DNA of 64,000 bases from a virus (Duplodnaviria; Caudoviricetes). The stretch is taken from the IMG/VR virus record IMGVR_UViG_3300021255_000054, one strand, 5' to 3'. The notes beneath the pieces are model-generated. The model searched no databases. It had not been told where the DNA came from and saw only the letters and a program-made list of their open reading frames with translations. Position numbers and translations under genes: made by a program. Positions within the stretch are counted from its first letter, which is position 1. Each line of letters starts with the position of its first letter. This document shows, piece after piece, positions 57,649 to 64,000 of the stretch.

Positions 57649-58197
57649 TTAGTGCATACAATTCGTGAAATTACAGTAGCCAGCCGAACAAGCATAATCT
57701 ACAACTACTCCCTTTCCCTTATACATACCCACATTCCAAGCGTGCAGGTCACACATATATTTCTTCAGGAAAGCCCGTTCATCATCATCCCAACCATACT
57801 CCATTTCAGCATAATCATAGTTCCCAACATGATTGACTTTCCGCATAGCATAATAATACTTTCCGTCAATCATAAAGCGGTACATAGGCGCGAGAAGATA
57901 GGAATAAGGAGTCCGACTCAGCTTCTGGTAAACTTTATATTCCTGTTCGCATCCACCAATACGGCCGCAAGCCTTATCATCATAATCTATCTTAATCACA
58001 TAGTCCGGCCCAATCAGGCAGATACGCGCGCTCCCATAATCCATCTCAATATGGCGATGATATTCCATATTAAAGGACTCTACTCCTTCTTCTACATAGC
58101 CACGGCGATCATATTTATTCATTATATCAAAATCAGGAATATATTGCGCAAACTGCTTCATAAACTTTTCAGCCCGAATCTGCCAAGGATTAGCCAT
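57649..58197 (-). CDS. Protein kinase-like fold enzyme
   Basis: YGSARI (P-loop), YVIKI, E helix, DLHAWNVG catalytic loop, VVDY. Confidence 0.75.
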   Translation of the reverse strand: MANPWQIRAEKFMKQFAQYIPDFDIMNKYDRRGYVEEGVESFNMEYHRHIEMDYGSARICLIGPDYVIKIDYDDKACGRIGGCEQEYKVYQKLSRTPYSYLLAPMYRFMIDGKYYYAMRKVNHVGNYDYAEMEYGWDDDERAFLKKYMCDLHAWNVGMYKGKGVVVDYACSAGYCNFTNCMH

Positions 58198-58307
58198 CTC
58201 TCAAACACCCCTTTCTTGATTACGGGATAAGTATATCATAAGTTAAGAAAAGAGTCAATAGGATATTTTAGATGTTTAACATCTAACTTACTGAGGGGCT
58301 TTCGCCC

Positions 58308-58751
58308 TCAGTCGATAATATCTTCAACAGGAACATTATACCATTCCTTAATCCGTTTATACAACATCCGTTTAGTACCACCAAACATCCAACTATCCTC
58401 AGTTTCTACTAACTGATTAGTATCAAACAAAACAATATCAAGCACATCACTATAATAGCCATTCTGCTCATTGTAACACGGCACGAAGAAAGACCGCTGT
58501 CCGCATAACCTAATTCCTGCTCTCCTTCTCCACGCTACTTCTTCAATTCGCAAATCAGAAAAATCTGTATCCATCAATCCGGCTTCATCTTTAATATAAT
58601 CCCAATTAGCATATACATTCTCACAGCAATCCTGACTATGAGTATCGATCAGAAGCCACCCATTATCAAATAAAATACCACCATTGGCATCAAATGAAGT
58701 CTTACTCAGAATCTCATCACCATCATAAACAAACCGCGCAATCTTAACCAT
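58308..58751 (-). CDS. Hypothetical protein
   Basis: HSQDCCENVY and YNEQNGYYS motifs; own promoter and leader. Confidence 0.75.
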   Translation of the reverse strand: MVKIARFVYDGDEILSKTSFDANGGILFDNGWLLIDTHSQDCCENVYANWDYIKDEAGLMDTDFSDLRIEEVAWRRRAGIRLCGQRSFFVPCYNEQNGYYSDVLDIVLFDTNQLVETEDSWMFGGTKRMLYKRIKEWYNVPVEDIID

Positions 58752-58868
58752 AACTTACTCCCTTCTGGTTTCTAAGGTATCCTTCCTTTTATGTATGTAT
58801 TATATAATAAAGTAATAGAAAAGTCAATAAGGAATTTTAGATGTTAAACATCTAACTTCTCAAGACCG

Positions 58869-59273
58869 TCAAACGGTCTTGCAATAGAAACACCATTTAA
58901 TATCAAAAATATATTTCAATTCAAATCCTTCTGATTCAAGCAGATGCCGCATTCCCGCATTATCATCCCACGGAGTTGCCCCAACATTACCGTGTACAAT
59001 TTTAGTAATTTCTTGTAGAGCATATCGAGCGATACCTTTACCTTGATTTTTCTTATTACAAATACATAATCTTTTAATAGCGGTATAATTATATTGCGGT
59101 TCGGGTACAAGCGAAACAGTCGCCAATACTTTCTCGTTATCCGCAACAACATACAGCCGCCGCTGTCTATAATCCAAGTCCACTTGTGCCGGAGTAAGAT
59201 ACGTAAGATGCTTATATCTTAAAGCATTAATAACTTTCATTAAATCTTTATGTGTTGCTAATCTCAATTCCAT
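58869..59273 (-). CDS. GNAT-family acetyltransferase
   Basis: IKRLCI..NQGKGIA acetyl-CoA motif; N..MRHLLESEGF. Confidence 0.82.
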   Translation of the reverse strand: MELRLATHKDLMKVINALRYKHLTYLTPAQVDLDYRQRRLYVVADNEKVLATVSLVPEPQYNYTAIKRLCICNKKNQGKGIARYALQEITKIVHGNVGATPWDDNAGMRHLLESEGFELKYIFDIKWCFYCKTV

Positions 59274-59373
59274 ACCATACGCTCCCTTCAGGTGATAGCT
59301 ATATTATAGCATGAATAGGAGAAAAGTCAAGCGACATTTTTAGATGTATTACATCTAAATTTATAAAGAAGGC

Positions 59374-59988
59374 TCACGCCTTCTTCTCTGCAATTATTTT
59401 AAATATAGCCGGATTACTAAATGCTTCACATAATTTATAATAAGCAGTTTCATTTACATAAAACCATTCATTAGCTCTCTGAGCTTTAGCATAAGCATAT
59501 TTTTCTAAATATTGATGGCAAAAACGTTCTGCTCTATCCGACTTTGTAGTTTCATAATATCCACCAATATATAGCATAGGATTATATGTAGCATAAGAAG
59601 ATACACGAGAATAAAGATTCTTCGCTCTTCCAACCTTAACCAAATAATATTTCTCGCCAGCGGGATTGATTCCAATCATTCCAAGAAAGTACACTCCCTC
59701 TGTACAAGGCAGCTCATCTGTTTTGGCACAATTGATTTCTAATGTAGGAATTTCATCTTTTAATGTTTCATCTTTTTTATGCACTCCCGCTTTATCATAT
59801 ACATAATGAAATTCTAAGCCATATCTGGCATTTGCACTCAAAGGGGAACGAAAATCATGATAAATACATTCCAATGTAGCTTCAGAAATATTTCCATCTT
59901 CATCTGAAAAGAACTCAACCATATTATTCCAGTGATATGTAGCAATACGTTCTTCAATTTCCTGTTCATATTTATACATTCTTTCCAT
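59374..59988 (-). CDS. GIY-YIG superfamily (T5orf172-like) protein
   Basis: GVYFL..VKVGRAKNLYSRV..AERFCH..NEWF. Confidence 0.7.
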   Translation of the reverse strand: MERMYKYEQEIEERIATYHWNNMVEFFSDEDGNISEATLECIYHDFRSPLSANARYGLEFHYVYDKAGVHKKDETLKDEIPTLEINCAKTDELPCTEGVYFLGMIGINPAGEKYYLVKVGRAKNLYSRVSSYATYNPMLYIGGYYETTKSDRAERFCHQYLEKYAYAKAQRANEWFYVNETAYYKLCEAFSNPAIFKIIAEKKA

Positions 59989-60066
59989 TCTCCCTTCACT
60001 TCATGAGTACATTATATCAGAAATTTATGAAAAGTCAATAATATAAATTAGATGTTATACATCTAA

Positions 60067-60480
60067 TTTCACTCCCTGTCAAATATTGTATCCAATATCC
60101 AGTATCCAGTATCCAAAATCCCGCATCCAGTATCCAATCGCATCTCGCGCCCACTGTCAAATACTTGACAAGCTGGAAAAGCTGGAACTTGCCGCGCAGA
60201 ATTAACTAAGCAAATTAAGCTGGAAGTTCTATTCCTACCGAGCTGGAAAAAAATTAATCCCACGAAATTTTATATTACGAGAAGCTGGAAGATTCCCGTA
60301 TGAGATAGGAATACAAGGAGACGCCGCAATATGAAACTCCGTGGGAGCTGGAAATTTGCCGCTAAAAATCCGCTGAGAAGCTGGAATTGGATACTGTATA
60401 CAATTTGAATTTAAGCTGGAATTGTATACAAAATACTGGATACAAAATACTGGATACTGTATACAATTTCATCTTAAATT
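60067..60480 (+). repeat. Non-coding repeat-rich block
   Basis: TCCAGTA heptads 60090-60135; eight AGCTGGAA 60171-60421; TGGATACTGTATACAATTT twice (60388, 60451). Confidence 0.75.
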
Positions 60481-60489
60481 TAATTAAAA

Positions 60490-60747
60490 TTAAACATCTA
60501 ACTTCTCCATTTCTTCCCAGCGCCAATCTTGTACATCTTTTCGATATCCATGATATTCATCAAGTTCTACTTTTGGCCCATCAATAACAACACATAAACC
60601 TATACGAGGAGCATAATAAAAATCTTGTGTCATTTTATATGAAGGAAAATACCACTGTTCCTTATATAATGTAGCTATTTCTGTTAACAAATCTATTGGA
60701 GCCTCAATGTCTAAAATTTTTAACCATTTTGCGTGCTTACTATACAT
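60490..60747 (-). CDS. Hypothetical protein
   Basis: AAGGAGG RBS; stop codon lies in a palindrome half-site. Confidence 0.65.
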   Translation of the reverse strand: MYSKHAKWLKILDIEAPIDLLTEIATLYKEQWYFPSYKMTQDFYYAPRIGLCVVIDGPKVELDEYHGYRKDVQDWRWEEMEKLDV

Positions 60748-62101
60748 TATTTAATCCCTCCTTAGCTGCTAATAATGCTTCAAATTGTTTATCTACTAAT
60801 TCTGCATCGTGCCATTCACCCGTAATATAATAACACTATGTCTATTTCCCATCAATACGCTTTCGCGCGGATTCAACATTATATCCTGCCATAGGTAGCA
60901 CATCTTTTAATTTATTCCAAGTCATAATACGAGACGTGCGCTTCCTATTATCATCTACATCTGCGACTGCCATTTCTTCTGCCAGTTCTCTGCACTCTCC
61001 TACTGTTAGCCAACGCTCACGATATTTTTCTGGAATAGTCGGCACCCATACACGGATGTGCCGCTAGTAAGGAAACGTCATACGTGCCGCCTGAATTCGT
61101 TCATCACTGCGGAAAGAATTAACAATTAAATGACTAAAACGTTCATCATCTATGGTAATACCTTCACGTAAAGCTGCATTAACGACTACAAAGTTATAAG
61201 GCGGTGGAATAATATGGTCTTGTATAATTGATTCTAATACGCGCAATTGTTCTTTATCCATAGGCTTTTCTGTATTACTTCTTGAATGAATTTCAATAGC
61301 CTTGAATCCTTGTCTATTTGCGGCAGCTACGATTCCTTTATTAGGTTCAATAAATGGAGAATAGCACCAATAGCATGCTCCATTATCAGGATCTAAAGTT
61401 TTAATATGTTCTAGTATATTAGTAAAATAAACATCTTGAGTTAATCTATATCCTGCATCAATTTTACCTTTATAGCTCGCGCTAGTTAATAAATTATAGT
61501 ATTCTAGTACGCGTTTTGGAGTTGCGGACATACCAATACAATATATATCTTCATGTTGAATAATCTTTTCCCAAAAGCCTAATAAAATTAAAGGCATATA
61601 TTCTGGTTTAGAAGAAGAAGCTTGTATATGTACTAACACTTCACTACTAGTAATATCATTGCGCGCAAAATCAGTACTGCGCGCCTAGTTAAATGCATTT
61701 ATCGCAAAGTCAAACACAGCGTCACATTCGTCCCAACAAATGACATCTAACTCTTTTAAGAAATCCATATCTTTTGCTTTAAGTAATTTAAATCCAAAAC
61801 GCTGGTAACACATAATACCAATTTTATTGGGCGCCTCACCCCAAGTCTTTCCGGGCTGCCAAAATTCATCTGCATCACAGCACTGCGGATATTCTGCTAT
61901 AATCTAATCGCGCAATATCGTAGTAGGAACTAAAATCAGAATACGATTATATTGTTTATCGCGCGTAAAGTCTATTAACCTATTTGCAGCCCAGTATGTT
62001 TTGCCAGTCCTTATGCCACAATCTAGGATATTAAATAAGCCCTTCTATAAAGTAATTTCTCCTTGTAAATACTTGTCATCTACTGTTACCATTGGTAACA
62101 T
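60737..62101 (-). CDS. SF2 (DExD) helicase-like protein, 454 aa (TAG=Gln)
   Basis: CGIRTGKT, ILVPT, WDECD, MSAT, LREGITI, QAARM; GGAGG RBS; promoter TTGACA-17-TATAAT at 62125-62153. Confidence 0.82.
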
Positions 62102-62325
62102 ACTACCACCTCCAGTATATAATTATTATATTATAAATTCAAGAAAATGTCAAGTGTTCATTTTCTGTCACTAAAATGTAAAAAGCAACTCACTCAATGA
62201 GTATATTTTCTTCACAGGTAATAAATTTTTAACTAAAATTTTTGAGCTGATTTTTGACGACACCCCCCCCCCCTATAATGTAATAAAAAAAATACTCACT
62301 TTTTATAATAAAAAATTCCCTTATA

Positions 62326-62382
62326 TAATTAATAAATGGGATGCGGAGCGCCGAAGGCGCGGAGCGTGCCATTTATTAATTA
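62326..62382. other. Long inverted repeat beside an AT-rich tract
   Basis: TAATTAATAAATGG..GCGCC-GAA-GGCGC..CCATTTATTAATTA; near-pure A/T at 62407-62480. Confidence 0.6.
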
Positions 62383-62814
62383 GGCGACGCGCAGCGGCGC
62401 CCAACAAATAATTTTAAATAAATTATCAAATTTCATTTTTAATTTTAAAATAATAAAATAAATTAAAATTTATTATTTAACTTGCCCGAAAACAACCCCT
62501 ATTTTATTATGTCAAATACTTGACTTGAAGTAATTTTGTATGATATAATAAGATAGAAAAAGAAAATCCTATGTTTTTAACTTATACGTGAATGTTTGAC
62601 AAAAGTAGCAAATTTGGCACGTACCCATATTATCCCTCTCTCCACCCGCAATTTCGTATCTCCCCTCAATCCGTCTATCTCCCACACCCTCCCTTCTACG
62701 CCAACCCCTATTCTACCCCTATCCTTTCCTTCTTTTTAACTATGTCTCGATGTTCCATTTTGTTTAAATGGAATTTTGTTTTTAACCATAAATTCACCAC
62801 TGAGGTGATTCAAT

Positions 62815-63105
62815 TTGAATTTAAAATCCCAATTGAAATATTTAACGGACGAAGACGGTCCAAATATACCATTACGTACCCTCGCACTCTATTGCGCGGT
62901 TTCGCATACCACGCTAAGTAAATGGTTAAATGATAAGATTAATGTGAGTGAGGAACTATAGTAGTAGATATAGGATGGTATTAAGGATTTCGTACTAGAT
63001 GTATGCGGAGTGATGGATGACAATGACAGGTTTTATTATAGATACCTACAACCCGAGGAGTATGAGAGATAGAAATTGCGCGATAAGTACGTTCTAGGTA
63101 AATAA
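62815..63105 (+). CDS. XRE/Cro-like HTH protein with TAG-TAG-TAG run (TAG=Gln)
   Basis: GAGGTG RBS, TTG start; IPLRTLALYCAVSHTTLSKWLNDKINVSEEL then TAG TAG TAG ATA TAG. Confidence 0.65.
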
Positions 63106-63253
63106 GAGTTAGTATGCAATTAAAGAAGTAGAAATTGGATTGGATGGATTGCCGCAAATCGACTAGGTAATTGGGCAAGAGTTCCCATTAAGTATTTTTA
63201 AAGTGTACAACAGTGTCGAAGAGGCAATGGAGTATGTAAGGAAGGTGAGATAA
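63017..63253 (+). CDS. Hypothetical protein (TAG=Gln)
   Basis: GGAG RBS; three TAG; TAA abuts ATG 63254. Confidence 0.55.
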
Positions 63254-63961
63254 ATGGCAACTACTAAAACTTTTTCTTATAGATATAATTTTACAAATAA
63301 ACCCGCTACTTTTAATTTGCCTACTCCTTTAAATTCATTACGAATGAGTAACTATTTTAGTGTAATTTCTAATTATACAGTTAGTTGGAATATAAATGTT
63401 TCAATTCATAATAGTGGTAGTAATGTATCTTCTAGTGTTTGGCTACTATTTGGTTCATCTTAGCCATAGCCTATAAGTTCTGGTACATATAAAGCATCAT
63501 TTTCAAACTTAGCAGGTAATAGTACGACTACTCTTAATATTACAGGAACTATGGGTTCAAAACCTTCAATTACTGATTTTTATAATTTAAATTATACAAT
63601 AGGATTTGGAAAAGCATCGTCATATATAACTATAAATAGTGCATCAGGCTATATAATATGGTCTTTTACTATTAATAACTTTCCAGCTAAAGGAGAAATT
63701 ATTTCTTCTTCTGAATTAGATGCATATAATAGACTAGTTACTATAAGTGATCATGATTTTAATCATACTGGAGTTATTACTACTGCGCATGGAAAAGCTC
63801 CATATAATAATACTAATACGACAAATGGTGCAGGAACATTTTATTTAACTTCTGGTTCATCATCTGGAGGTTTAGGTTCAGATTCAGTTTCTGATCCTAT
63901 TTCAGTTACTCCATTAAATAATTTAATTAATATAATACCAACCCCGCGTGTTTTTACGTAA
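63254..63961 (+). CDS. Ser/Thr/Asn-rich protein, possibly a virion fibre (TAG=Gln)
   Basis: Joins 63254..63463 and 63551..63961 through two TAG. Confidence 0.65.
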
Positions 63962-64000
63962 AAGGAGAATTTCATTATGGAAATGAATGTTTGGAAGCTT

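Larger units (their letters stand above)
41485..60066. repeat. Array of 35 dispersed 19-bp palindromes TTAGATGT-N3-ACATCTAA delimiting gene cassettes
   Basis: Starts: 41485,41934,42323,42560,42859,43285,43648,43938,44238,44596,44889,45132,45504,45851,46468,46854,47601,48385,49187,49608,50189,51070,51673,52235,53236,54365,54755,55274,56219,57036,57613,58268,58837,59340,60048; half-site at 60491. Confidence 0.97.

Noticed and set aside
41494-58230. Many antisense or alternative-frame track ORFs (e.g. 45901-, 50231-, 53289-, 57652+)
   Set aside because: Shadows of real genes; they cross cassette boundaries and lack RBS and promoters
41485-60066. CRISPR array
   Set aside because: The repeat is only 19 bp, intervals are 240-1130 bp and contain promoters and genes, and no cas genes were seen
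41485-60066. Classical integron attC array
   Set aside because: Sites lack the long imperfect attC hairpin and GTTRRRY ends, cassettes carry their own promoters and occur in both orientations, and no IntI is in the window
62592-62921. Track ORF of 109 aa
   Set aside because: Low-complexity pyrimidine-rich translation with no RBS; overlaps the better-supported HTH gene in another frame

Overview
Window from a large tailed phage (siphovirus-type, SPbeta-like head/tail gene order). The host is probably a Firmicute, inferred from GGAGG ribosome-binding sites (RBS), SigA-type promoters and choline-binding repeats. It has three compartments. (1) 1-40.2 kb and 60.7-64 kb: metabolic, packaging, head, tail and helicase genes that become intact only if TAG is read as Gln (code 15). 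The supplied ORF track shows these as same-frame fragments; joined, they include a ~4,500-aa tape measure protein and a ~2,100-aa tail tip protein. (2) 41.5-60.1 kb: an array of ~34 self-contained units (promoter, leader, 1-4 small genes or a small RNA, terminator), separated by 35 copies of the 19-bp palindrome TTAGATGT-N3-ACATCTAA. There is exactly one copy per boundary, including promoter-less convergent boundaries. The clear protein genes here have no internal TAG and one ends in TAG. (3) Flanks carrying oriented AGCTGGAA clusters, an orphan divergent gene, an SF2 helicase, and an HTH gene with TAG-TAG-TAG straight after the HTH. No canonical tRNA, release factor, integrase or cas gene was recognised. 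Long recoded ORFs were joined by frame concordance plus spot reading rather than exhaustive translation. Product names come from motifs and gene order, not database searches.
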